DNA of 64,000 nucleotides, taken from assembly GCF_963921235.1 (NCBI RefSeq), contig NC_086107.1, positions 113,834,001 to 113,898,000 on the forward strand, in the 5' to 3' direction. Below are positions 51,784 to 64,000 of this stretch, in pieces. Numbering within the stretch: the stretch's first letter is position 1; each line of letters starts with the position of its first letter. A program made the position numbers and the translations under genes. Source of the stretch: Mobula hypostoma. Its lineage: Eukaryota. The notes beneath the pieces were generated by a model. That model searched no databases. It saw only the letters and a program-made list of their open reading frames with translations, and was not told the DNA's origin.

Positions 51784-53541
51784 GTGAGTGTTGCTGCTTT
51801 TTTTCAAGTTTCCGCACTGGCGGTGCGTAAACGTGGTGTCGGTCGGACTAACCCACAGCTCAGCCGGGCAACATGTGGGGGTTGTTGTTCATCCTGGGTG
51901 ACCCAGAGAGTCAGGGCTGCAACAGTTGCCCTCAGCGGGCAAACAGGGCAACTCCCAGTGTGTCCCCGTGAAGGCAGAGACATAGAACATGGTACGTACA
52001 GAGAATGAGGCCTTTCAGACCATTGTGTCCATGCTGAGCATGACACCACATTAAACTAGTTCCCTTCTGCCTGTACGCGATCCGTATTCCTTCATTCGCC
52101 GCAGATTCATGTGTCTTTCTCAAAGCCTTTTAAACACCATGATTGTATCTCCTTCCACCCGTCTCACCAGAAGCCCGTTCCAGGCATCTCTGTTTAAAAA
52201 AAAAATTGCCCTGCACATCTCCTCTAAACTTTCTTCCTCTCACTTTAGAACATAAAATACGACAACCGAGTGCAGGCCCTTTGGCCTGCAATGTTGTTCT
52301 GACTATTTAAGATCAATCTGACTGTTCCTCTCCACACAGTCCTCCACCTTTAACTGCCCGACCTCTAACATCAGACATTTATATCTCTGGAAAAAAGTCT
52401 GGCTATCTCATTTACAGGGGTGATGGGCCTTTTTCAGAGTGTGCTCCCAAATTAACGATAATCTTCCAAAACAAGTCATGGTAATTTTGAACCAAGATTG
52501 TCATTGATTAATGAATTAGTAATAATAATTACAGATATTCTTCACAGAAAAAGGATGAATCCTGTTGCTTACTTACGTGTATTCATTATTTTTTCTTAAC
52601 AAAAGTATAGCCAATTGAAATAAAGGAAGCATCTTAATACCATTGATTTTTAAAAAGACAATTTAAAAATAGCATCATTTCTAAATAGTATGGTTATTAC
52701 AAACATTTACTATCCAAATACTACCGTATAGACCGGTCTGCGAGGATTTCAAAACGTATCATTTGCAGACAAATGGAAGATAGGTGGAGGGGCCGGTAGT
52801 TTTGAGGAAGGAGAGAGGCCACAGAAGGACTTAGACAGATTAGGAGAATGGACAAAGAAGTGGCAGATAGAATATCGTGTCAGGAATTATATGGTCAATC
52901 ACTTTGGTAGAAGAAATAAAAGCTCAGGCTATTTGCTCAGTACTTCTCTATGCATCACTTCAACCCCGCCTCCCTGATGTAAAGGGGGAATTCTGCTGCG
53001 TAAAGAGGCCTCAGATGCTGGAGAAACTCAGCTGGTTGGTCAGTATCTACAGAAAGAATAAACATTCAACATTATGAAGGTCTCGGCCAGAAATGTCACC
53101 TGTTTATTCCCCTTCATAGATGCTGCCCCACTCTCTGAGTTCCTCCGCCATTTTCTGTGCATTGCTTAAGATTTCCAGCATCTGCAGAATCTCGTGTGTC
53201 TCCTATCAGATTCTTTCTTCTTCAGTCCTTTACCTTTCCCACCTATCACCTCCCAGCTTCTACTTCACCACGCCCCTTAGCTCACACGTACACCTTCCCC
53301 CCTCACCTTTCACCTGCCAGTTTGTACTCCAGCTTCTCACCCCAAGCTTCTTATTCTAGGGTCTGTCCCTGCCCTTTCCAGTCCTGATAACGTGTCTCAG
53401 CCCAAAACGTCCGCTGTTTACTCCCCTCCATAGAAGCTGCCTGACCTGTTGAGTTCCTCCAGTGCGTGTTACTCCCTGTTTCGGGAAGGCCACCGTGTCC
53501 AGAGCTGATGCTAACCAAAAGCATGTCTCATTGTCTTGTAG

Positions 53542-54111
53542 AACTACCTCCCCAGCAAGCAGGACGTCCTGTTCGCCCGCAGGGCCACTAAAGGCATCGT
53601 GGAATACGACTTCCTCATCAAGGGGATCACCTTCCGGATGATGGATGTGGGTGGCCAGCGTTCCCAGAGGCAGAAGTGGTTCCTCTGTTTCGAGGGCATC
53701 ACCTCCATCCTCTTCATGGTGTCCTCCAGTGAGTTTGACCAGGTATTGCTGGAGGACGGGTGCACCAACCGCCTGGTTGAGTCCATGAACATCTTCGAGA
53801 CCATCGTCAACAACAAGCTCTTCACCCGCGTCTCCGTCATCCTCTTCCTGAACAAGACCGACCTGCTGGAGGCCAAGGTGAAGACGGTGAACATCGGCGA
53901 CTACTTCCCAGACTTTCGGGGACGGCCCCACCACCTCGGGGACGTCCAGCGCTACCTCCTCAATTGCTTCAGCGGCAAGCGGAGGGACTGTAGCCGGCCG
54001 CTCTTCCACCATTTCACCACCGCAGTCGACACCGAGAACATTCGCTTCGTCTTCCAGGCGGTCAGGGACACGGTGCTGCAGGAGAACCTCAATGACATCA
54101 TGCTGCAGTGA
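53542..54111 (+). CDS. GNA12: GNA12-like coding exon 3 (terminal, 189 aa plus TGA)
   Basis: ttgtcttgtAG acceptor. [14 protein letters not shown] (switch I), DVGGQR (G3), FLNKTD (G4), TTAVD (G5), C-terminus [10 protein letters not shown]. Intron 2 is 1,758 bp. Confidence 0.96.
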   Translation, partial: NYLPSKQDVLFARRATKGIVEYDFLIKGITFRMMDVGGQRSQRQKWFLCFEGITSILFMVSSSEFDQVLLEDGCTNRLVESMNIFETIVNNKLFTRVSVILFLNKTDLLEAKVKTVNIGDYFPDFRGRPHHLGDVQRYLLNCFSGKRRDCSRPLFHHFTTAVDTENIRFVFQAVRDTVLQENLNDIMLQ

Positions 54112-55123
54112 GGCTGCGCGTCCCTGCGGACATTCCACGCAGGGCCCGCAAGGCTTTCTCGCCCCAGTGAGGCCCGTGTGTAATAACCAAAGAAGCCCTG
54201 TGTGTGTACACGTGAACGTTGATGGGTACCTGCACCCCTAATCTCATGCCTGCTGGTAACCTCTTTTGTACGCACGTCCGTGTGCACCCAATATGGATTG
54301 TATGTCTAATCCTGTGTGTGTGACCCTGAGTATTGCACCTTCCATATCCAGCAGTTGTCCCATATGTAGCACCTGTCTACCCCTGTGTGTACCCGTGTCC
54401 ATATTCCAAGTGAACCTGTGTCCTGCACATATTCCCCATATCCCATATGCTCTCGGTATATATTCCGATGTCAACCTGTTGCGTCTGCACATATTCCCCA
54501 TCCCCATGCACGCATGGTATAAATCCCATTTTACCCCATGTTTGTCCCAGGTGCATCAAAGTCAAAGGCAATACAGCCCGTATATACTTGCAGGAACTTG
54601 TGATTATGGAAGGCAGAGAGTGATTTAATATTTCAGAGATTCCCTCAGCCCTGTTAGATAATCACTGAGGGTTTGTTCAGACCTCACTGATCCGAAGAGA
54701 TTACTTTGACCTCACCATGATGACGTTGACTCTTCCCGGGACACAGGTGTATGAACCTGGACGAGGAGCGTCAGCGGCCCTTTGAACGAGGGGGAGGGCG
54801 GAACAGGTGGACACCCCAAACAAATCTCTGTCCTTCCTAACTTGACAAGCTTGGACCCCTTGGAGAGAAGGGAGGGTTATAAGACAGCAGTGGGAATTGA
54901 TCCCTTGACCAGTTGCCCGTGGTGTGCAGCCGCAGAGTTGGCAGAGCCCTCCCCTGTCATTGCCAGTTAACTGGACTCTGGAATCTCGCACTCATTCCTC
55001 AAACATACTTTATTTTACTTGTGCACAAGGAAAACAGCATGGCCCCTGTCACCCACCATTGTTCTGAAGGCTGAGCAGAGAAATTCCTTTTTTATACAGA
55101 GCAGTTATGGATATTGGCCATTT

Positions 55124-55129
55124 AATAAA
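55124..55129 (+). terminator. Candidate polyadenylation signal of the GNA12-like gene
   Basis: AATAAA about 1 kb after the stop, followed by GT-rich tgtgtatgttt, shortly before repeats resume. Confidence 0.55.
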
Positions 55130-57061
55130 CTGTGTATGTTTGAATTCCGGACTTGCAAGATCAATCGCCATTCACAATAGGGGTGTTACACGTCAGTAAA
55201 AACTACGAGGTGACAACCAATAATACTTTGAAGTTAGTAAAGCAATTGTCCCTTAGTTGGTGTGTTTCACATCATTCTGTTATTCTTATCACACCTCTGA
55301 AAGTGAAATGGTTCCAAGAATCGCGATGCAAAAGGAAGCTATTTCTCATCTGGGCTGTCTGCACTCTGTCTGCAAATAACCCTTGCCTGGACATTTTGTT
55401 CAAAGTTCAAAGCCAAGTCAAATCAAGTTAAGTCAAGTTTATTGTCATTTAACTGTATACATGTATACTGTCAAACGAGACAATGTTTCTCCGGACCAGG
55501 GAGTAAAGCACATAACACACAATAACTTAAGAAAGTAAGAATTAAATCTACAAATTAATCATGCATAGATAAACAAAGAAAAGTGCATTAAATTAAATAT
55601 TGTAAGGTACAGAACAAATTAGCCAGTTACACTTTGAATGCGATGCGGCAGGGAGTTCAGAAGCCTAATGGCCCGAGGGAAGAAGTTGTTTCCCATCCTG
55701 GCCGTTCTTGTCTTGCCTTCTGCCTGATGGTAGAAAGTCAAAGAGGATGCTGGACGGATGGGTGGGATCCTTGATAATACTAAGGGCCCTGTGTTCACAG
55801 TGCTCCTGATAAAAGTCTCCAGTCGATGGTAGGGAGACCCCTTTGATCCTCTCAGCCGTTCTCACAGGGACTTCCAGTCCGATGCTCGGCTGCTCCCATA
55901 CCAGATGGAGAGGCAGCTTGTCAGGACACTCTCAATGGTGCTCCTGTAAAATTCAGTTAAGATGGGAAGGAGGAGCATCGCTTACCTCAATCTGCTCAGC
56001 GAGTGTAGGCGACACTGTACCTTTTTGCTCAGAGAGGTGATATTGAGGGATCAGGTGAGGTCACCCATGATGTGAGCTCCCTGAAAGTGGTGCAGTTAAC
56101 TCTCTGAGGAGGAGCCATGTATGTGCAGAGGAGATGGTTCATCTGCACCTTCCTAAAGCCCACAACCATTTCCTTGGTCTCCACAGTCAGACTCATCATT
56201 CACTATTACCATACACAACCTTGAGATTCATGTTCTTGCAGGCAGCCACAAAACGAGGTAACATGATAGAATCCATTAAAAGCCCCACACCACAAAGAGT
56301 CATCCATCCAGTGTGTGAAAAACCAAGAACAAATCGTACAATTGATAGAAAAAAGCAAATAAATATCAACAGAACATGAACCTCAGAGTCCCTGAAAGCA
56401 AAGCCACAGCCATGGAACCAGTTCAGCACCGTAGGCAGTCCAGGAGCCCGATGGCTGCAGGCCGCAGGCCACAGCCACACAGCCAGTTCAGCACTGAGGT
56501 GAGTGAGACCTCACAGAGCAGTTTGTCCCCCTCACCCTTGACACCTTAATCTTTTTAATCTTGCCCGGCTCATAAATCGGCCAAACATCTGTTCATTGTC
56601 CGCTCTCGGGCGCAGGCCCTGCCGCTTCAGAATAGCTCGAAATTTCAGCTCAGCCTCAAGTCCACTCCAGCAATGGCCGCTGCGGCTATAGCTGCTTTCT
56701 CGGACCTTTGCTTTATTGCAAGTTCCACATCCTGGCTGCGGTGTGGAGTCACTGACGCTGGGTTCAAGCCTGCGAGCAGCTTTGAATGTTTTTAATCGAG
56801 AGATTTGTCCCTGATGTTGGCAGCAGCTGAGGCTGACACTGTCATTCACCGCTTAAAGAAAAATGTTTCCAGGAACAGAGGGTATTGAGGGTGAGAAATC
56901 CTCAGGCTTACCTCCTTTGTTAGATAACTCACTCTCAGGTCATTGATAATCGGTTCAGCATTGTCACATGGATCGAGATGCAGTGAAAAGCTTTTATTTG
57001 CCATCTAGACACACCTTTTCCATCTACGTGTACGTGGAGGTGATACAATAAACATACAACA

Positions 57062-57600
57062 TACACACTCAGTCACCACATGATTAAACCTGCTTGTTAA
57101 TGCAAATATCTAATTAGCCAATCATGTGGCTGCAACTCAATACATAAAAACATGCAGACATGGTCAAGAGGGTCAGTTGTCGTTCAGGCCAAACATCAGA
57201 ATGGGGAAGAAATGAGATCAAAGTGACTTTGACTGTGGAATGATTGTTGGTGTCAGATGGGGTGGTTTGAGTATCTCAGAAACTGCTGATCTCCCGGGAT
57301 TTTCATGTACACCAGACTCTAGTCTACAGAGAATGGTGTGAAAAACAGAAAACATCCAGTGAGAGGCAGTTCTGTGGGTGAGAACGCCTCGTTAATGAGG
57401 GAGGTCGGAGGAGAATGGCCAGACTGGTTCAAGCTGACGGGAAGGCGACAGTAACTCAAATAACCACACGTTACAACAGTGGTGTGCAGAAGAGCATCTC
57501 TGAACACACAACATGTCGAACCTTGAAGTGGATGGGCTACAGAAGCAGAAGACCACGGACATACACCCGGTTTATTATGTACAGGAGGTCTAGTGGCTGA
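57062..57600 (+). mobile_element. Tc1 derivative (same family), third copy
   Basis: Collinear with 32690-33245; MARLVQADGKATVTQITTRYN remnant. Confidence 0.85.
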
Positions 57601-57874
57601 CATCTCTGTCTCTGAGCTCTCTTTCCCCACCCCTTGTCATCCAATTTTAACCCAAAAGGTCTATTAACCTCACACCTGAAAGTCAGAACTGGGAGTGAGA
57701 TTTGCAAGGTTCCTATGAACAGATTCCTCTCCCCTTTGCCCTGAGGTGTTGAGACGTTCCAGCCCGAAGAGGCACATTGTCGTCATCCTTTCTAGCTCCC
57801 TGTCCGGATGAAGTGAGCAGCTCCAGTCCTTGGGCAGCACTGCCACCATGTGGCTCAATCAGAACAATCAGCAG

Positions 57875-59222
57875 CCTCCCCTCCCACTCCCTCCTCTTTC
57901 CTCCTCCCTCTCCCTCCCTCTTCTCCCATCCCCCTCTCCACCCCTCCATTGTTCCTCCTCTCCCACCCCCTCTCCACCTCTCCATCGTTCCCCCCTCCCT
58001 CCCCTCCCACTCCCTCCTCTTTCCTCCTCCCTCTCCCTCCCTCTTCTCCCATCCCCCTCTCCACCCCTCCATTGTTCCTCCTCTCCCACCCCCTCTCCAC
58101 CTCTCCATCGTTCCCCCCTCCCTCCCCTCCCACTCCCTCCTCTTTCCTCCTCCCTCTCCCTCCCTCTTCTCCCATCCCCCTCTCCACCCCTCCATTGTTC
58201 CTCCTCTCCCACCCCCTCTCCACCTCTCCATCGTTCCCCCCTCCCTCCCCTCCCACTCCCTCCTCTTTCCTCCTCCCTCTCCCTCCCCCTTCTCCCATCC
58301 CCCCTCCACTGTTCCTCCTCTCCCATCCCCCCTCCACCTCTCCATCGTTCCCCCCTCCCTCCCCTCCCACTCCCTCCTCTTTCCTCCTCCCTCTCCCTCC
58401 CTCTTCTCCCATCCCCCTCCACTGTTCCTCCTCTCCCACCCCCTCTCCACCTCTCCATCGTTCCCCCCTCCCTCCCCTCCCACTCCCTCCTCTTTCCTCC
58501 TCCCTCTCCCTCCCCCTTCTCCCATCCCCCTCCACTGTTCCTCCTCTCCCATCCCCCTCTCCACCTCTCTATCGTTCCCCCCTCCCTCCCCTCCCACTCC
58601 CTCCTCTTTCCTCCTCCCTCTCCCTCCCCCTTCTCCCATCCCCCTCTCCACCGTTCCTCCTCTCCCACCCCCTCTCCACCTCTCCATCGTTCCCCCTCTC
58701 CCTCCCCTCTCCTTCCTCTTCTCCTCCCTCCCCCTCCCCTCCCCTTTCCATCTCACTCCCCTTCTCCTTCCCCCTCCCCTCACTCCCTCCTCTCCCTCAC
58801 TCCCTCCCCCTGCCCTTTCTCCCTCTCCCTCTCCTTCTCTTTACCCCTTCCCTCTACCTCTTCTCCTCTCCCAATTCTCTCTCCCCTTCCCTTCTTCCTC
58901 TTTGCCTTTCTCACTCCTCTCCCCTCCTCCCTTCTCCTACTCCCTACTCCTTCCCCTCTCCCTCCCTTCCCCTTCCCCCTCCCTCCCTGCCCTATCCCCC
59001 TCCTCTCTTCCCCTCTCCCTCCACTCCCTTCCCTTCTCACGAACCCTTTCCTCCCCTCTCCCTCCTCCTTCGTCCCCTCTCCCTCTCTTCTCCCTCTCCA
59101 TCCCCCCTCTCCCTTTTCCCTCCTCTTTCCTGTCCTCCTTCCCCATCTATCTCTTCTCCTTACCCTCCCACTAACCCCTCCCCACATCATCTCTCTCTCT
59201 CTCTCTGACGCCTTCTCTCTCT
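57875..59222. repeat. ~1.35-kb polypyrimidine tract; first part is a 123-bp tandem repeat
   Basis: attgttc recurs at 57948, 58071 and 58194 (period 123); later units are shorter and decay into C/T low complexity. Confidence 0.95.
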
Positions 59223-61039
59223 CAGAGCGGTTAGACAGACATTGAGCTGGAAGGCTGTCAGCACTCTCGGTGAGGAGATTCACTCTTCCTGTCGGATGGC
59301 CTCTGGGAATTCTCTTGTCCAGGGAATACATCAGTGACTGAGGGGGTCAGCGAGACTGTGGGGTGACGCTCTATAACAGGTGATCTGTGAGAGGGAACTG
59401 CATGCTGAATGGCTTTTGTGTGCCTGGGGTTGAGGGTTTTCCCTCGTCTATACTTCAGGGGAATTCTCCTGCACCTTTCTCATCCCCGGGACCTGGGGAA
59501 CATCACAGGCAAATGCCCAGCAGAGGTCAGTGAAGAGTACGGACTCTGTAACCCACACAAAATGCTGGAGGGATGATTAAAGTTCAAAGTAAATTTATTA
59601 TCAAAGTACATATATGTCACCATGTACAACCCTGAGATTTATTTTCTTGCAGAAATTCACAGCAAATATAAAAAAGCAAAATCAATGAAAGACCCCAACC
59701 ATCAGGACAGACAAACAACCGATTTTCCAATAAAAAGTCCAACAAACTGTGCAAATACAAAAAGAAAGAGAATAAAAGAAATAATAATAAATAAATAAGC
59801 AATAAATATCGAGAACATGAGATGAAGGGTCTTTGAAAGTGAGTCCATAGGTTGTTAGGGCAAGTGAGGCTGTGTGAAGTTGTCCTGTCTGGTTCAGGAG
59901 CCTGACGGCCGAGAGGTGATATCCGTTCCTGAACCTGATCGTGTGGGTCTGGATGACAGCAGCAAGGAGAGGACATGGTCTCACCTCAGCAGGTCAGGCA
60001 GCATCTATGGAGGGACATGGGCAGGCAAAGCTTTGGGCCGAGATCCATAACTATGTGTGTGTTACTCTGGATTTCCAACATCTTTCCAGAGTCTCGACAA
60101 GCTGCTGCCTCACTCTCCAGAGACCCACCTGGTTCGGTCCTGACTTTGGTGCTGTCTGCGTGGAGTTTGCATGCTCTTCCTGTGACCCCGTGGGGGCCTC
60201 CGGGGTGTCCCAGTTTCCTCCCACATCCGAAAGGATTGTGGGGGGGCGGGTAAGTCAATGCCTGTGAGGGTGGCAAAGGAAGCTAGGAGATGAGGGAACG
60301 TGTGAGAAGGAATACACAGTCGGGGTAGTGGAGAGTAACGGGAGAGAGGAAAGGGATGTTAGGATTACTTTGCAGGGAGCTGGCACAGAGATTATGGGCT
60401 GAATGTGCACCTCCTGTGAAACATATCCATAAAGTATAGGAGCAAAATTAGGCCATTCAGCCCATCAAGACTGCTATACCATTCCATCATGGCTGATTTA
60501 TTATCTCTCTCAACCCCATTCTCCTGCCTTCTCCTCAAAACCTTTGACAACCTCACTAATCAAGAGCTTATCAACCTCCGCTTTAAATATACTCAATGAC
60601 TTGGCCTCCACAGCAGCCTGTGCCAATGAATTCCACAGATTCACCTCCCACTGGCTAAAGAAATTCCTCCTCATCTCTGTTCTAAAGGGACGTCCTTCTA
60701 TTCTGTACCCTCGCACTCCCCCACCATAAGAAACATCCTCCCTACATCCACTCTATCTAGGCCTCTCAATATGCAATAGATTTCAATGAGATCCCCCCTC
60801 GTTCTTCTAAACTCAGCAAGTACAGGCCCAGAGACATCAAATGCTCTTCATACATTTTTTAAATTTATTCATTTTTCATTCTCCTCCCCCTCCCCCACGT
60901 CATTGGCGCTCTAAAAGCGTTACGTTAACTGCTGTCCCATCCTTTGGAAACCAGAGGAAACCCACACACCCAGGAATGGATTTATTAAATGGGTTTATAA
61001 TGCCGAACGTAGAGAGTGCTAGGTAGGAGTGAGAAGTAC

Positions 61040-61690
61040 GCTGCCTGACTTTATGGAATGAGGGTGGTAAGTATTGGCCCCCCGGTCTCAGAAAGCCTTC
61101 TTTAAACCAGTAGACACCAGGTTCTCCACCACCCTGACCTGTCTGGGTGAGTACTGCCCGCTGGTGCTCACATCCACCATCGAGTGCTCTGGGAGCGTGC
61201 TCATGGCGACAATCAGCTCCTGCCTCGGGCATGGCCAGAACTGCTTCAGTTTACCTCTGGCCACAGCAGATGTGATATCATTGGCTCCCCACTTTGCTCT
61301 GGGCCGTCTGGACAACAAACAAATCTGCCAGACTGCTGTTCATCAACCTCAGCTCAGCGTTCAACACGACCAACCTCTCCAGACTCGTCACCGAGCTCCA
61401 AGGACCTGTCTCTCTGCGAATGGATCCCACCGGCAGTCCCCAGACAGGGGCGATTGGGAACAACTTCTCCTCCTCACTGACCGTCAGCGCGAAACTCCGC
61501 TCTCGGCACAACCACGCGTGTGTGACTGAGCATAGCTCCAAAGCAATCGGCCAGCCCAGCTCACCGACGACGCCCCTGCAGTTGGCGTAGTGATGGGTGG
61601 TGAGCCAGCAGACGGGAGCGAGGTAGGACAACCAGCTGAGCGGTGCCGCAACACCAAACCCACGCTGAACCTCAACAAAGCTACCACTGA
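61040..61690 (+). mobile_element. Old Rex1/Babar-like RT remnant
   Basis: ARLLFINLSSAFNT (RT motif) and TLNLNKAT remnants, heavily frameshifted. Confidence 0.6.
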
Positions 61691-62646
61691 ACACATCTTT
61701 CCCTGCCCCCGCCCTGCTTTCCGCAGGGATCGCTCCCTACGCGACTCCCTTGTCCATTCGTGTCCCCCCGCCATCCCTCCCCACTGATCTCCCTCCTGGC
61801 ACTTATCCGTGTAAGCGGAACAAGTGCTACACATGCCCTTACACTTCCTCCCTTACCACCATTCAGGGCCCCAAACAGTCCTTCCAGGTGAGGCGACACT
61901 TCACCTGTGAGTCGACTGGGGTGATATACTGCGTCCGGTGCTCCCGATGTGGCCTTTTATATATTGGTGAGACCCGACGCAGACTGGGAGACCGTTTTGC
62001 TGAACACCTACGCTCTGTCCGCCAGAGAAAGCAGGATCTCCCAGTGGCCACCCATTTTAATTCCACATCCCATTCCCATTCTGACATGTCTATCCACGGC
62101 CTCCTCTACTGTAAAGATGAAGCCACACTCAGGTTGGAGGAACAACACCTTATATTCCATCTGGGTAGCCTCCAACCAGATGGCATGAACATTGACTTCT
62201 CTAACTTCCGCTAATGCCCCACCTCCCCCTCGTACCCCATCCGTTATTTATTTATATACACAAATTCTTTTTCTCTCTCTCCTTTTTCTCCCTCTGTCCC
62301 TCTGACTATACCCCTTGCCCATCCTCTGGGTTCCCCCCCCCTTCCCCTTTTCTTTCTCCCTGGGCCTCCTGTCCCATGATCCTCTCATATCCCTTTTGCC
62401 AATCACCTGTCCAGCTCTTGGCTCCATCCCTCCCCCTCCTGTCTTCTCCTATCATTTTGGATCTCCCCCTCCCCCTCCCACTTTCAAATCTCTTACTAGC
62501 TCTTCCTTCGGTTAGTCCTGACGAAAGGTCTCGGCCCGAAATGTCGACTGTACCTCTTCCTAGAGATGCTGCCTGGCCTGCTGCGTTCACCAGCAACTTT
62601 GATATGTGTTGCTTGAAATTCCAGCATCTGCAGATTTCCTCGTGTT
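61690..62646 (+). mobile_element. Penelope-like element 3' part: GIY-YIG endonuclease ORF end plus pseudo-LTR
   Basis: ORF 61750-62214 contains VIYCVRCSRCGLLYIGET.RRLGDRFAEH (GIY-YIG with Cys motif). It is followed by a pyrimidine-rich tract and the terminal repeat found throughout the window. Confidence 0.9.
62513..62550 (+). ncRNA. Hammerhead ribozyme motif downstream of the GIY-YIG ORF
   Basis: tagtc-CTGACGA-a-agg(tctcgg)ccc-GAAA-t-GTC-gactg; two substitutions relative to the best copies. Confidence 0.6.
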
Positions 62647-63184
62647 TGCAAGGAGCTGGTCGTTGGTTTCATAAAGGGGGAGGTGAGAGACCACGTGCCA
62701 GATCTCAGTGGTGGGTCAGAGGTGGGGAGAGTCTGCAGCTTCAGATTCCTGGGTGTTAACATAACAGATGGCCTGTCCTGGCTCTGCTCAGGGAAGGCAT
62801 GCCCACCTCTTTACTTTCAGAGAAATTCAAGCTTCAATTTGTCACTAATACCCAAAGTTGAGTTTACTGCACAAACGCACATAAATGTCTACCAGGTTGC
62901 AATGAAAAACTTACTTGCAAAAGCGTCACAGGCACGTAGCATCGTATAAGCAGCATTCATAAGGAAAACATAACCTAAACATTAATTATACATATTTTTA
63001 TCATACGGTGCTTCTGCTGGTGTAAGTGGAGGGGGTGAGGGGAGAGGAGGGTCAATTCTTCTGCTATTGCTTGTGCAATGGGAGGGGGAGAGGGGGCTTC
63101 AGGGTTATGATGTTTCTATCATTCATTCTATATATTTTGTGGATGTCTGTGAAGAGTAAGAATTTCAGGTTGTATGCTGTATAC

Positions 63185-64000
63185 CAGGGGTCCCCAACCT
63201 TTTTTGCATTGTGGACCGGTTTAATATTGACAATATTCTTGCAGACTGGCCGACCCGGGGGGCAGGGGGGGTAGGGTTGCCAATAGACAAGAGTAGCAGT
63301 CAAATACGTTGGGTTTAACCCGAGAAAGACTACAATGACCATGAAGCCTTGCACGGGCTTGTGCATGCATGTACGTGCCGATTTTTTTCTACAAATTGTT
63401 TTTAGCAATTCTGTTTGGCGGGGGGGGGTGTTAATCAAGACCGGAATATAGGTGATAAACGGCTAATGCACTCAATTTTGTTTCTAAAAGGGATTATCTA
63501 ACGAATTTAATACTAAACACACAGCGCATATTTTCCTCGCATGAATATAGTGATAAGTCAATTATCAGGGAAGGACAGGGGAGCTTGAAGTAAGTGTTGA
63601 ACGAACTTCCAGTAGAAGTAGTAGAGGCAGGTTCGATATTATCATTTAAAGAAAAATTGGATAGGTATATGGACAGGAAAGGAATGGAGGGTTATGGGCT
63701 GAGTGCAGGTCGGTGGGACTAGGTGAGAGTAGCGTTCAGCACGGACAGAAGGGCAGAGATAGCCTGTTTCCGTGCTGTAATTGTTATATAGTTATATAAG
63801 TCAATAGCATCATAACATTTTAAGTAACGTTTGGATATTAAACACACAGCACATATTTTCCCCATATGCACATATTATGAACATATAAAATCATTGCAAC
63901 ACACCAATATCGCTGAATCAGTGGGAACCCTGGGCTTGTTTTCCTGCAACAACATGGTCCTATCAAGGGGTGATGGGAGACGGCGATATCCGAAGGGGGT
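63185..64000. mobile_element. hAT (Charlie-like) element left end, running off the window, with an internal CR1 tail (~63575-63790)
   Basis: Starts CAGGGGTCCCCAACC, a Charlie-type TIR; the right end is not visible. Confidence 0.6.

Noticed and set aside
22505..54111. G-alpha as a pseudogene or retrocopy
   Set aside because: Open frame, all G boxes intact, canonical splice sites and two retained introns.
53356..54138. 260-aa minus-strand ORF
   Set aside because: Antisense shadow of the GC3-rich G-alpha terminal exon.
57713..59331. 350-470-aa Pro/Ser- or Gly/Glu/Arg-rich ORFs
   Set aside because: Stop-free in several frames only because of the C/T low-complexity tract.

Overview
Eukaryotic (vertebrate) genomic DNA, very repeat-rich. 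The repeat landscape (CR1, Rex1/Babar-type LINEs, Penelope-like elements, tRNA-derived SINEs, Tc1 and hAT relics) suggests a cartilaginous fish, probably a ray; this is inference. Two spliced genes lie in tandem on the + strand. (1) The last three coding exons (952-1067, 2262-2377, 5567-5768) of a CARMA-family gene (GUK-domain end), with CARD10-like residues, though CARD11 is not excluded. (2) A complete three-exon G-alpha-12/13-family gene (22505-22990, 51733-51783, 53542-54111; 368 aa). The G-alpha is a GNA12/GNA13 mosaic, lacks the first intron of mammalian GNA12/GNA13 and follows a CARD10-like gene, so it may be a third G12-family ohnolog. Non-coding highlights: more than a dozen Penelope-derived minimal hammerhead-ribozyme motifs (some in fold-back hairpin insertions), a solo LTR with TSD about 2 kb upstream of the G-alpha start codon, minisatellites born inside SINE heads, and several nested insertions. 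Nearly all other ORFs in the track are repeat artefacts. Comparisons with human proteins are from memory, not from a database search.
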